Under the pieces are notes generated by a model. That model was not told the origin of the DNA. It searched no databases and saw nothing but the letters and a program-made list of their open reading frames with translations. A program made the translations under genes and the position numbers. A stretch of DNA of 62,883 nucleotides, counting the filler, from Kipferlia bialata (taxonomy: Eukaryota): NCBI GenBank assembly GCA_003568945.1. It is 5 parts of 5 records of this genome, joined end to end, with 100 filler letters (N's around TTAATTAATTAA, not from the genome) between each part and the next. Parts side by side here need not be neighbours in the genome. Positions count along the whole stretch, not along the records: positions 17,296 to 34,481 come from BDIP01000537.1; positions 34,582 to 51,763 come from BDIP01000538.1; 3 more parts are not named here. One strand, written 5' to 3'. Position 1 is the stretch's first letter; every line of letters starts with the position of its first letter. This document shows positions 25,123-38,295 of this stretch, piece by piece.

Positions 25123-25443
25123 ATGTCACCTTACTGTATAAACACGGTTGACCTGGGGCCTCAGGCTGGGGGGAACACTGTAGAGTCTACAGATATATAT
25201 ACATTGCCACTAGGAACTTTTGACTACTACTGCTTGACCAGAGACTACTCGGAGCCACAAAGAAGCGCTACAATCAAAGGTCTATTCTATTACTACGATA
25301 CCAACGACGGAAGATACTGGAGTTGGAATTCTCGGCGCAGCAAGATTGATATTAATCATGAGAAGAAGTGGGTGAATCGAGTTCTTGGTGTTAAGATTTC
25401 TGGAACACTGGGACCCAGTTCTATATTCTATGTACCACTGTAG
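25123..25443 (+). CDS. Small intronless hypothetical protein (about 106 aa, beta-rich, aromatic)
   Basis: MSPYCINTVDLGPQAGG...GLFYYYDTNDGRYWSWNS...SIFYVPL*. Protein-like composition; lies head-to-head with the gene starting at 25059. Confidence 0.45.
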   Translation: MSPYCINTVDLGPQAGGNTVESTDIYTLPLGTFDYYCLTRDYSEPQRSATIKGLFYYYDTNDGRYWSWNSRRSKIDINHEKKWVNRVLGVKISGTLGPSSIFYVPL

Positions 25444-25561
25444 TGACAAGTCACGCTCAATGTCATATGCAGAGTCTGAATCACACATCTGCGGGTCCCA
25501 CACTACCCGTGGTTTCTCTCTCTGATTTTTCTCTTCATTGAAGATGCAGACTGAAGAGTCT

Positions 25562-26700
25562 TCAGTCTGCATCTGTGAACCTCTCCAATAGTGCTGGATC
25601 TAGCTCCACTACCGATATACTGGTGTGGTGCACAACTAGCATGGTAGTTGGGTTGAGCATGCAAGCAGAGTACACGGTTTGAGTAACAGGAAGGGGTTCA
25701 TAAGGCACAGCATCACCAGAGACTACGTCGTACATGTATACAAGGTACTGAACTTGGTCTGTTCTTCTCCCAAAGAGGCAGATGTGTGATCCAACTTCTA
25801 CCGTGTGTTCCAGTTCCAGTGTCCTCACTATCAGACTATCTGTTGCTGTGTACAATACGGGGTGGGACGTAACCGTACCAGTTAGAGAGATACTCTGCGC
25901 CACAGTCGTATCACACGATGTATGTAGACACGTTAGTGTGTCAGTGTGGGTGCAGAATGAACTTCTTCCTGTCATATTCATGAGATCAAGTGGCGTAGTG
26001 TCTTGTAGAGCCAATTGAGTCCTCTGCCAAGTGTCGGCAGGGAGATCAAGAGTCCACATGTCAGATTGGAGTCCCAAGAAATTGAATTGGTGATTTGCAA
26101 GCACTTCCATCCTGCTGTACCCTCCTGTCACCACCAATGTCCCACCTAGTACACCCACACTGAAACCCATTATAGGAAGCGGCCACAGCTCCCCGTCGAT
26201 GTGTCCTATTGTATGTACGTCATCAGAGTCGGGATTGAAAACATATAGCTCAAGTGGGGCGGGTGTAGAGACCCTCTCCCCATTCTGCCCGGTCTCTACA
26301 GTCATAGTCACTCTGCATAAGACAATCTTGTTGTCCCAGTAGCTGAAGTGGCAGACTGCGGCACAGTCTGACTTCGGCAGCAGACGAGTTCGATCAGACA
26401 CCAGCAGAGTGAGAGGGTTTATGGTGAACCTGAGTTAGACACCACGTGTTTCCCTGTAAGGTCCCTGGATATATAGTATTAGTAAGAAGCAAATACACAT
26501 AAGGATATCTGAACAGAGTGTCTAACGGTATTTGGTGTAGTGATAGTACCTATCTACAGCTCCCCTGGTCGTAGCGGCGAGGATGGTATTGTGGGAGAGT
26601 GTTGCTACCGATCTGTACAGAATACCCGATGTGGCCAGTGTGATCGGTCTAGAGCTTAGGTACCAGGACAAGAGAGTCATAATTGCTGGACTGGTGTATA
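25562..26700 (-). CDS. Kelch-like beta-propeller protein, 5' exons approximate
   Basis: GFSVGVLGGTLVVTGG...SDMWTLDLPADTWQR and VEVGSHICLFG...VYMYDVVSG. Acceptor CTAACTCAG at about 26430. Confidence 0.7.
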
Positions 26701-27363
26701 CCACGGTTGTCAATCTCTTTCTGGTATGGTATTGATGCAGTGAGAGTCGTAATGGGGGGAGTGAGGAAGAGAGGATGGGCCAACTAACCTCTGAGGAGTG
26801 CGTTGATACCCTCATATCGGATGAGGGTTTCGTCAGGGGGACTGTATATCTGCTACACCTCCTCGAAATGATGTCGCACCAGTTTTCCTTCCATTGTAAG
26901 GGGGGGGGGGTTACAGGGGTGTGGCAGTATTCAGTGACAACTATTAGTGATGAGAATCAATGGGAGAGCTAGCCAACCCCAATCGACTGTAACTTCTATA
27001 TAGTGTGTGTCCGTGGAAGTATAGGTACACACACTGGGGCGACCGAGGAGCTGTCAAGGTATCTGACACCCGTACTGACTCAGTACGGTACTTGAGACAT
27101 GGAGTGTATCACATCTGAGAAAGTGGAAGACAGAGCACAATGAGCATATATTCGACTTCGGGACCAGTATAGCCCCACACACTACGCTTCGAGTAGTACA
27201 TGGGACAGCAGGTGACCAGGTGGAGTGGAGAGAGTGGGACTACTGATGGGAGAGACAGAGATCGAGGTTGATACCTTCCCACAATTACTGGATAGAACCG
27301 CTGCATTTGTTTTACAATGAGTCAATACACTGAATGGACCTGAGCACTTGTAAATCGCGGTAC

Positions 27364-30300
27364 TCACTCGATGTTGTTGGATATGCAGATCCCCCACCAC
27401 ACCTCCTCAAAGTACCGTCCTGCCGGCAGGCACTGCAAGGTATCAGCTGAGGTGAGGGCGATATTCCTCTACCTTAATAGTTATACATAGGGGAGGAAGG
27501 TGAACATACCGTCTTGAATCATCTCCTGCTGCGTCTCTTCCGACTGCTTCTCAAGGTAGTGTGTTCCCAGTGTGCTGGCGAGCTGGGTGTACATGCTACG
27601 AGCAGCGTCCTCATCAGCAGCAACACTATCCTGAGTGTGAGATATGACACATATACGGTACTTATATATAACGACTCATGTCATGTATACTCAGCCCCAC
27701 AAACCTCATCCAGGAACATATATGCCCTGACTGACACTCGGAGCCGGACCATCTCTCTCCATACACACATATGGAGCTTGTGCGCCTTGGTACTAGGCTT
27801 TGCAAGTGCAGTGCGGTGCGTACACACTAGTAGCTGGGGCCGGCATGCTAGTTCCCTCTTGAGGGCACTGGGGCTCTTAGCCGCCATGACATTGACAACG
27901 GATAGGGACTTCTCAGCACTGGAACAGAATGCCTCAAGGGGCTTCTCTCCAATGTCAGGCAGGTAGATGACACGTGCAGAGTTATCGTCCAGGAACCGCC
28001 GTCCCAATACAGGTGTCTCTATCCCCTTCTTGCTGCTGATGTATGCCACCCTCATCGCCTCGAGGTCATCGTCAGAGAGGAGCTCAGGGGGCTGCTCTGC
28101 TATCCTCTTGGTGTGGTATGCCGAGGCTGCATCTGCCGCTGTTCTCTGAGGTAAGAATTGCGAAATCCACAATATTCATATAGCATACCACCCTTTACCT
28201 GGAGGACTCTGGCCATCACGTGGTCGTTATAGTGACCCTTAGACCGCTCTGTGTGTCTGCAGTGAGGTAAGAGGAATCAATAGGGAAGATCTCCAGTGGT
28301 ATTCCATCGTATATGCTCAAGTCATCGGTACTGTGATATAGACAATGCTATATGACAATCGGTACCTTGCGACGCAGTCTGTGATGCGCATCTCCTCGAG
28401 AAGGGGGTAGTTCTCAGCTGGGGTAAGGAGAAGACATATCTATAGAGCAAATAGAGTATGAGGTTGGTATGATAGAGCATGCAGTATGCAATCGTGTAGG
28501 ACCAAGGGACACGTACGGTCTGTGAGGAGTGACTGGAACGTGACCATGATGATGCCAGGGGTGCCCTCGTTCTCTAGGTGGAAGTTCATGGCCGCAAGTA
28601 GCGTCTGGAGGTTGTCTCTCCTCATGAGGTACTCCATCACTGTTGGGGCAAGGGGGTACTTCTCACGGGGGTTGTTGCCTCTCTTGACTGGTTGTGAGTA
28701 CACTAGAACCATATGCAGACGCAAGGATGTTCATATGATGATTAGAGCACTAACCGTGAAGGAGCTGGCCAACCACTTCTCCCGAATGACTGGCGACATC
28801 ATCACTCTGAGGTGAGAGTGTATGGAAAGAGAGGGTACACTATTCATACAGGAGTGAATGATACCTGGATGTGCCTGGACATCTGCTCCATGACCCACTC
28901 ATGGCACCCAGCAGCTATGAGAGAGGGACGCATAGACGCTATGGTTAGACACCCGATAATGCTTCAACAAGGACACAGCTGCTACTTGAGATATGACATA
29001 GCAGTGTCTGTGTGCAGACAATGTATTGAGGAACGGGATGGGTCTACCTATCTTTGCCATGTGGTTCTATGACATATCAGTGTAAAAAATGTATTGAGGG
29101 GTTACCTATCTTTGCCATGTGGTTCAGGACAACGATGGAACAGCACACGACATCCGTATCCACAGCACCATTGTAGTTCATGGCATCATAACATGTCTGC
29201 ATGATAGATGCATCAACAAATGCCTGGACGGCCTCGAGAGTGGGCTCTGAGGTGAGAAGAACTAGTGGAACGGTATACGGTACAGTATGATATAGTAATC
29301 ACTATTCAGTATATATACCCCATCCTACACCATTACCTTCCAACAGACATCTCATTATGTCAAGAGCCATCGTACTCAGTTCGTTATGTCCAGCTCTGAC
29401 AGATAGCACCCTAGCGGCAACAGTGTGGACGCCAATAGACACCCCATACTTCCTGTGAGCTGCAGGTTAGAATGAATTGAAGATCAAACTATTAGAGCAT
29501 AATTCGGATAAGATGTGAAGGTAGTGAATGCATGTATAGAGATATATCGTAATACCCGCTGTTGTATTTGTCTCTCTCAGGTACCCCATCAGGCGAAACA
29601 GAGTGTTCGGATCTGCGTGTAGATCTATGTGTGTATCGATATTGTCCATGAGAGGATCCATCACACACACGGGGAACACACACTTCATCCTCGACCGGAC
29701 TGGCGTAAGGTATAAAACAATATAGCTAGAGGAATACATACATCCCCTATACTCTGTCTCTCTCCTCCTCTGTATATATATGAGTATATGTGAGCACTCT
29801 AGGCACGCACCCTTCCCGATGTGGCCCACCATCTTCCTCCATAGCAGCATGCCCTGGTTAAGGAACACCAGGGAGTCTGGCTTCTTCCTCTGCATTGCCT
29901 TGATGACCAGGTCTCTAACAGCAGGAACGCACACAGCGGGGAGATTGGACTCTAGGTCAAAAGGGAAGAGATAGAGAACCATAACACAAGTATACTATAT
30001 ACTATATGTATAAGGATATAATATACTATATACATATGTCCAAACCTGTCCTAGCCAGTTCGTTGAGGATGGTCATGGCACTCTCCTCAACCACAGATGA
30101 GGAATTGTGCTTGCATGTCTCTAGTACCACAGGAATCAGGCCACTGTCCTTGAGCAAAGTGTGAATGTAGTCGTCTGAGGGTGAGGCATGTATAACTGAG
30201 AGGAATGCACGAGATTCCTCTTCTACTATACATGAAGTACATATTAGGTGTTCTCCTTTGTACACAGCTCAGTCGTCTGAGGGTGTGGAAGGTAGGATAC

Positions 30301-30680
30301 AAGGAGAGGAGGAAATGATATACGTATACAAACATGTACTTCGTGATACGTACGCTCTTTTGTGTACAACTCAATGTGTGAAGGGTCAGAACAGTTGCAG
30401 ACGTGCATTCCAATGCCTGGAGTAAGCTCAGAACACCAACACAGTACATCAGATACGGTGGCTGCTATACGCGTCAACAAGAATTTCACAATAAGCTGTA
30501 TGAGTTTAATAATGTGGGGGGAGGGGGGAGGGGGGAGGGGAACACACCTACGGCTATGGGTGTAAAGAGCGTCATACAGAACTCAGCCACGTTTGGCAGT
30601 CTGAAGTACTTCACCAGCATCTCTCTTAGCTGTTTGTAGATGCCAATGCGGATGATTTCACGTGGGCATGTGGTGAGGAA

Positions 30681-30714
<34 letters not shown>

Positions 30715-31052
30715 CAAGTGAAATGGAGACCGACAACCAGTGCATGTGAGAGCGGAAAAGGGAATACTAGAATGAAACTGTCCTAACTGAGAGAGACAGA
30801 ACCGTACCTACTCCAACAAAGCATGACGTGAGCATCGTCACTCTCTGGCCGTTTGCCATGTGTGATAGCGCCTGTCATATCAATGCCATGGAGAGGGAGG
30901 CAGAGAGAGAACGAGAGGAAGATGTGAAGAGAGAGAGAGAGAGAGAGAGAGACAGGTACCTCTCTCATGAGTGTGGGGCTGTTCTGCTTCATGGCACCAC
31001 ACAGCATCTGGAGGATCTGGGACACTTCAGCCTGCATATCAGGATATGACAT
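27364..31052 (-). CDS. Multi-exon hypothetical helical-repeat (possibly ARM-like) protein
   Basis: Starts MSYPDMQAEVSQILQMLCGAMKQ. Internal exons include DSGLIPVVLETCKHNSSSVVEESAMTILNELART, VRDLVIKAMQRKKPDSLVFLNQGMLLW and DSVAADEDAARSMYTQLASTLG. Last exon DTLQCLPAGRYFEEVWWGICISNNIE*, stop at 27364. Confidence 0.65.
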
Positions 31053-31405
31053 ACTTCATACTAGGAACAAACATAGGTGTGGTAGATTGCTATGAGAGAG
31101 AGAGAAGGGGGATGGGGGGGGGGGGGGGGAAAAAAATCCAAACCCCCCCCCACTTCCACTCCTCTCAATTAGTATACAAATGCAATTACAATGATACTGT
31201 CCAAACCTGTATCTCTCTCTCTCTCTATATATATACATCAATGTGATATTTATATATACTCTTGTCGTGTTTATGTATACGGTACACACAACTCTAGTGA
31301 TGCCTTACACTCACTGCAGGACATTGATGCCTCCTCTACTTTCCCTGTATGTATATTGTATTAACGGTACTATTAGTGATGCCTCGCACTCACTACAGGA
31401 CGTAG

Positions 31406-33638
31406 ATGCCTCCTCTGCTGACCCTTCGAGACCTAGAAGAGGTACAGGGCTCCCCCATATGGCTGGAGAGGGTGGTAGTGGATAGTGACACTGACCTGAA
31501 AGACCTCTCCTGTAGGCTTGCCAGCCTTGGCAGCCATACAGTGTACAGTCCAACCAGCAACCACACATACAGAGTGGTGTATGAGGAGGGTAGGCCTGTA
31601 TTGCACAAGGGTCCAGCCCTAGACACACTCGATAAGAGATGGAGCTCGTGTGTGGATTCATATACATGTATCTACTTACAGCTGTCACAAAATGTCCCTC
31701 GGAGATGGTACAGATACCACAAGGATACAGGTATATGCCATACTACAAAGCACTCTATCTGTATACAGCACCGAGCATCTTTGGTATATGGGACTCCCCT
31801 AGAAGGGACTTGTGATTCAATTCTGAATGTGTCATTATGAGGAGCACTTGTTATCGGTACTGTAAGTGGTATACATGGTAGACGGAGCTGAGTCCCCACC
31901 GTAGGTGTCACTTCCCCCATTCGGGTGAAGCTTGACCGGACAACGGAAGGTTCGGTGGGATCTTCTAGCCTAGGGGTATGTGAGTGATACAGAACTGTAT
32001 ACATAGTGTATTGGCAATGCTGGTCCCATGTCATTTCCGAATCAGTAATTCACTTCACCTCTACGTGTGTTTTTATCTTTCCTGTTGATACCGTACAAGC
32101 CGTATGTCCTCATTGACAGGCATCGTGTGGATAAAACTGACTCTATACCAACCACGAATTATTAGAGTTTGTCTGTATCAAGTTGAACTTATAGTTGATA
32201 CCATTGATAGTATCAACCTAATAGCATTGTTAATTGTTGACTGCCAGGCCCGGTTTGGCTGGATGCAGGGGGGATACGCTGTGGCGAAGAAGGCGGTTGG
32301 GGACGTATCACTATTTAAGTTGGCTACGGGAGAGTGTCCCACACTCCCTAGGGTGCCACAATATACAGCCTGGACAGGTGGGTTAGTAATATCCACTACA
32401 TATATATATATACTACATATATCATTGAATATTTTCTATATATATATGTACTACATATATCATTGTGGAAGTAATGATATACTACACGGCCTGGACAGGT
32501 GGGTTAGTAATATCCATTCTATACCAACAGTTGTTATCAGTATCAGTATGCCTTCTACTCTTGCTACATATATCATACTACACCGCCTGGACAGGTGGAA
32601 TAGTACTATTCGCATTATAGTAACTACAAGTAGTAGTCTACAGTAATCAATTCCACTATGGATACATGTATATCCTTGAACCTGTTATGTATTGACATGT
32701 ACTACACAAACTGGTTAGTTGCATTAGTATTCTTTATACAGTAACTGTAGTATTCAGTTTTGCTCTTTCTGCCCATACGTTTGTCCCATTCATTGATAGA
32801 AATGTGTATATATGTGTGTGTACGTGCTAGTTCACATACAGGCTATACCACCTTCTTCTCGCTGGGTCACACTCTCCTGGCCAAGCATGGGCTTTACAAT
32901 CCCACCGAGCCCTCCAAGTACTACAGACTCACTGACACATACCAGTGGGAGTGCTGTTCACACTGGGGGCTGGACCCTTTTGAGGAACCAGGGGCAGTGA
33001 TTGAGCTGGCTGGAGGTGTCATATGCATAGGGTACACAGACCGTGATGACAATGTATATGATGACGAGGATGATTCAGAGGGGGCGGATGAAAGTGACTA
33101 TGAAAGGTATGGGGTGGGATACCTAGACAGCGTCAGTGAGCGCTTTGTAAGGGTGTGCGAGACATCCTTTATCTGCCACAGACCTGTGCAGCTCACACCC
33201 GAGACATACCTGGTGTACTGTGTGAGGTGCGTCCTGCCTGTCATATCTTTACCAGTCTCTGACTCTAATGTAACAGTGGTTGTGGATGTACTAGCATATA
33301 TATCAAAGTCACTCATGAATCATGAGTGTAGTCATAATCCCAGTCTAAGACATTCATATTGACTCTCACACTCCGATGTTTGACCTGTATGGGTAATGTT
33401 ATGATTGTAGTTCACAGTCACCCTCTTACCCTACAGTGACATTGACATGAGTCAGACTGGCCTGTATGTACTGCATGTTGACCTCTCTGCCCTAAGAGAC
33501 ATGGTGGGTGCACTGACACCTGTCAACCTAGGGGCAGGGCAGACAGAGAGGAGACAGAGTGTCTCTCCGTCACTATCCAGAAGAGACAGCGAGCAGGAGT
33601 CATCATACCTTGAGCCATCAGAGAGTGACACTGAGTGA
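31406..33638 (+). CDS. Divergent kelch-like/beta-rich hypothetical protein, multi-exon
   Basis: Exons MPPLLTLRDLEEVQG..., ARFGWMQGGYAVAKKAVGDVSLFKLATGE, GYTTFFSLGHTLLAKHG...GYLDSVSERFVRV and DMSQTGLYVLHVDLSAL...DTE*. Exact 5' structure uncertain. Confidence 0.55.
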
Positions 33639-34481
33639 TAAATTCCATGAGTAGCTAGGACTGTCTCTCACTGTTAGCAGAACACCGTACCTTGGCTCCT
33701 AGATATATTGAGACCCTCTCTATTAGAGACTGTCGACAAACACTGCTTCCCAGCACTGCGCTTGGACTCAAACATTGGGTACAAGGGCCTCCTCTTCATC
33801 AATACTCTCAATCCTTCTGCTTGCCCTTGAATAGACCTGACAGTAGTATAACTAGCAGATATAGAATAGTAAGTACAGTGGCCTTGAACTTCAAGTTGAA
33901 GCTGAGATAAGAGAATGAATTTTGGTCAAGTATTAGTCCTCCTTCATTGATTTATCAAAGAAGAGACTGACCGGAGTGTTCAATCTGCACACTATGTGTA
34001 GACAGGACAGTTACTCTGACATGACACGATGCGTCCAAAAGCACTCCGTCCCACATACAATGATTACTGATAGGAAGCGGTTTCCGTTAGTTAACTATAC
34101 ATGAGCAATCGAAAACAATAACTTCCAGAGATATATCCCCTCCCATATATTCAAGGTTCACACAGTATCGGTGTCGGCCCTTCTTTCGTGGCCCACGAAT
34201 CCTGGTTGTATTTCTCCAGGAACAACAGGAGAAGATACTTGGAAAGGAAACGAGGTACATAGTTCTTCACTTCACAGTGTGAATCACACTTAGTTCATAT
34301 AGACAATATTGTTGGAGGCGTCTGGAGTCCAGACTCTGGACTAATAGATGTGTATATAGGAGGCGACCACCGTTGTGCATCTACTTAAGCTCCACAGTCC
34401 CCTCATCTCTAGGTGCCTGGCCTGCGTTCTCCACCTCACACGTCACAGACTGGAAGAGGGGTGCAGTGTACACCCACATGA

Positions 34482-34581
34482 NNNNNNNNNNNNNNNNNNN
34501 NNNNNNNNNNNNNNNNNNNNNNNNNTTAATTAATTAANNNNNNNNNNNNNNNNNNNNNNNNNNNNNNNNNNNNNNNNNNNN
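34482..34581. other. Artificial contig/scaffold spacer
   Basis: N run with TTAATTAATTAA at 34526-34537. Confidence 0.97.
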
Positions 34582-34629
34582 CCCCTCCCTTCCCCCCCCC
34601 CCCCCCCCCCCCCCCTTCCTCACCCACAG

Positions 34630-35328
34630 GCCCTCATCCCCGAGGGTGTGGCCTTTGCCTTTGTGGCTGGTGTCAACCCAGGTATAATGCTAGTGTATAT
34701 ACCCATATCTGATGTGATTACTCTCTTGCATGGTATGAAAGATATACACCTTGTCCCTCTTGTTCCCCTCACCCCCAGTTGTTGGTCTGTATGGTGCTGT
34801 CATGATGGGTCTGGTCACTGCCCTGGTCGGTGCCAGGAAGGTATGGGGTAGTAGACATATATGCATATCGTTTAGTATTAGATATGGTAGTCACTTTCGA
34901 GTAGTACCTTTGGGGTGGCTCTATATGTATATACGTGTGTACATACTGACCCCAGGGCATGATCAGCGGGGCCACCGGTGCCGTTGCTGTCATCTTTGCC
35001 CCCATGGTCATGGAGCAGACAGAGGAGATGGACTACGACTTTGCACTCACATGCCTATTCACAGGAGGTACACTCTCTATGTCTCTTTCCCATTGACTCA
35101 GTGGCATCACATCCTACTCCTCTCCCTCTAACCCCCTCAGGCATTGTCATGGGCCTCATGGAGGTCCTGTTTGGAGTCCTAAAGTAAGTAGAGGGCCATT
35201 GAGCTAACGACTCCCTCGCCCTCCTTGACCGTCTCTCTATCTCTCTCTCTCTCTCTCTCTATGTCTGACTGTCAGGTTCGGCAAGTACATCAGACTCGTG
35301 CCCCACACTGTGGCAGTCGGGTAGGGAC

Positions 35329-35364
<36 letters not shown>

Positions 35365-37822
35365 CTTTGACATGATGCCAGTGTCATGTTCAATGTGCCT
35401 GATATTGAAATATCTCTCTCTCAGTCTCTCTCTCTCACACCCCCCTAGCTTTGTGGACGGTCTAGCCATCATCATTGGTGAGGCTCAGCTGGGACAGTTC
35501 TACGAGGGGTCGGGGGATGATAAGGTATATTGTTTATATATTACATACCTTTACTAGTGGAAAAGCCCCTGACCCCCAGACCCTGCTGCAGGGAGTGGAC
35601 ATGGCTGTCATGATTGCACTCATCTGCCTCACAATGGCCATCAGGTGTATAGTGGCAGAGGGTATATGTGTAGTGCGTCACTAAGAGTATGATAATTTAG
35701 TCTTGCACTCATCTGCCTCACAATGGCTATCAGGTAGAGTGGTTCACAGTACATAGTGAGTATTCATTTACCCTCAAGTATATATTCCAGTGACTAATCC
35801 TCCTCTGTGAGATAGGGGCTACGTCCGTATTAGAGAATATATACTCAGTCTCACCCCCCCCCCCCTCACCCCTCACCCCTCAGCATCTTCCTGCCCAGGC
35901 TGACCAAGGCAGTGCCAGCCACACTGGTGGCACTGGTCACAGTCACTACTATCACACAGGTGGGTATAGATGTGTATACTACACTATGCTATACTATAAA
36001 CTGGATACCTCTGACCCCCCAGGTGCTGTCCCTGACCGACGTGCACCATGCCAGGACTGTCCTTGACTATGTGGTGGACATGGACGATACAGTCACCACC
36101 CTTGCTGCTGGACTCCCATCCTTCGTCGTCCCATCCTTCAGGTATCATCCCACATCCCCGTTGCGGAGACCTCCCTCTATCTGTGTGTGTGTGTGTATTT
36201 ATATATGTGTGTGTCCACTTTCTTTTGTTCTTGTCATTACTATTCTCACCCCAGGTGGGAGGTTCTGAAGGTTGTGCTCCCCTACTCCGCCCTTGCCGCC
36301 ATGGTGGGATTGATTGAGTCCCTGATGACACTCACCCTGATCGATGAGATCACAGAGACTAGGGGCAGGGGCAACCTCGAGTGCGTGGGTCAGGGCCTGG
36401 GCAACATCGTCACAGGCCTCTTTGGCGGTCTCTCTGGATGCGCCATGATTGGACAGTCCATGATCAACGTCAAGGTATGGCTCTCGCTCTCTCTCTCTCT
36501 CTCTCGCTCTCGCTCTCTCTCTCTCTCTTACCCTAGGCTGGTGGCAGGGGCAGGGCCTCTGGTATCTCTGCGGCTCTCTTCATGATGGCCTTTGTTCTGT
36601 TTGGCTCCAAGATTGTCGAGATCATCCCCCTCTCAGGCCTCGTCGGTGTCATGTGAGTGGTACTCTCTCGCTCTCTCCCTCATACTATCTGGGTGTTCAG
36701 GGTATGTGTGGATATGACCTTCCTCATCCTAGGTTTGTCGTTGTCTGGGCCACATTTGAGTGGGGGACATTCTCTCTCCTGAGGCACATCCCAAAGGTAC
36801 ACGGCTCTGCATTGAATACGTGTATCGTGTAGATCTAGTATATCGTGTACTGTCTCGCTTACCCCCAGGTCGATGCTGCCGTCATCCTGATTGTGACATG
36901 ATTATACATATGTATGTATCCATGTATTGTATATATCATGTTTATGTATTCCTGTACCAACCCCAGGTCGATGCCACCGTCATCCTGATATTGTATATAT
37001 ACATATTTATGCACTATATGTATGTATCCTACTCTCATACCAACCCCAGGTCGATGCCGCCGTCATCCTGATTGTGACCATTGTGACTGTCCTTGAGGAC
37101 CTTGCCATAGCTGTCATGGTGGGGTGCATCCTGTCCTCACTCGCATTCGCATGGAAGGTGGGGTATATGTATAGACATAGATATAGATAGATACAAAATC
37201 ATAGTGGGTGTTTGAGATCATGACCCCATTCTCACTCCGTCCCCTTCCCCCCCTGACCCCAGGTGGGCAAGAAGGTCCACTGCAACACCCAGATCGATGA
37301 GCACGGCACCAAGGTAGGCACTTGTATGTGTAGACCCATATACAGCATTTTATCGGAGAGAGTATGTTCAATACACACATATATACCTCCCCTCACCCCC
37401 CAGGTGTACCAGCTGGAGGGCCCTCTCTTCTTTGGCTCTGCCCAGTCCTTCAAGACCCTGTTTGACTACCGCAACGACCCCCAGGAGATTGTCATCGACT
37501 TCAGGTACACACACACCCTACTCTATACAATATATACTACTATGTGCTGTCATATACTTCTATGTACTATATACTACTGATTCCTATACTATGTACTACG
37601 CATGCACTGTCCTCACCCCCCAGGAACTCCCGCGTGCATGACCACTCTGGTGTCGAGGCCATCAACAACGTGACAGAGCGGTATGCCCAGAATGGGAAGA
37701 AGCTCCACCTGCTGAACCTCAGCGCCGAGTGCCACAAGCTGCTCCGGAAGGCAGCCTCTGTGATCGAGGTCTCCGTCATCAAGGACCTGGACTGGCACAT
37801 CTGCGACGACGCCCTCGCCTAG
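34630..37822 (+). CDS. sulP: SulP/SLC26 anion transporter with STAS domain, bacterial YbaR-like, 5'-partial, at least 16 exons
   Basis: Spliced protein: [50 protein letters not shown]...[56 protein letters not shown]...[47 protein letters not shown]...ICDDALA*. Confidence 0.95.
36869..37080 (+). repeat. Acceptor-side echo array in SulP: three copies of CAG|GTCGATGCYRCCGTCATCCTGAT
   Basis: Copies at 36869, 36967 and 37050 (real exon). Confidence 0.9.
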
Positions 37823-38295
37823 GGAGGCAGCATACATACACGCTGAGAAGTGGATATGTATACAGTATATATATACAGACACTGCTGGTTGCCAGTGTAA
37901 CTGGTATCCACAGCTATATAGGCACCGCTGGACCCCCACCCTGGATTGTTGTCTCCCACGACCCACCCTGTTAGCGGTCTATCCCAATGAGTAACAAGGG
38001 TGTGATATAGCCCGAGTCCAGATTCTTTACCCATATATAGATGAGCAGTCTATAGGGAGGTATGTACTCTCTGAAGACTGCGACTTCACTAGTTAATAGA
38101 AGATAACGACGTTACATGCTGTGATCGGTACTATGGTAGTACATCATCTCTGTGTTTGCTCATGTAAGAACACAATACCGGTGTCAAATGAGATAGACTG
38201 CAGTCTATTCTCTTTCACACATACATCTGCCACTGTCAGCAGACTCACTCATCCAACACTGTACTTCTCTCTGTCTTCTCTACCTTTCTGTACTC

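Noticed and set aside
34630..37822. Bacterial contamination, or a hexamitid-type code (TAA/TAG read as Gln)
   Set aside because: The bacterial-type genes contain host-style introns, and conserved genes end at TAG or TAA where expected with no in-frame TAR in the exons I spliced.
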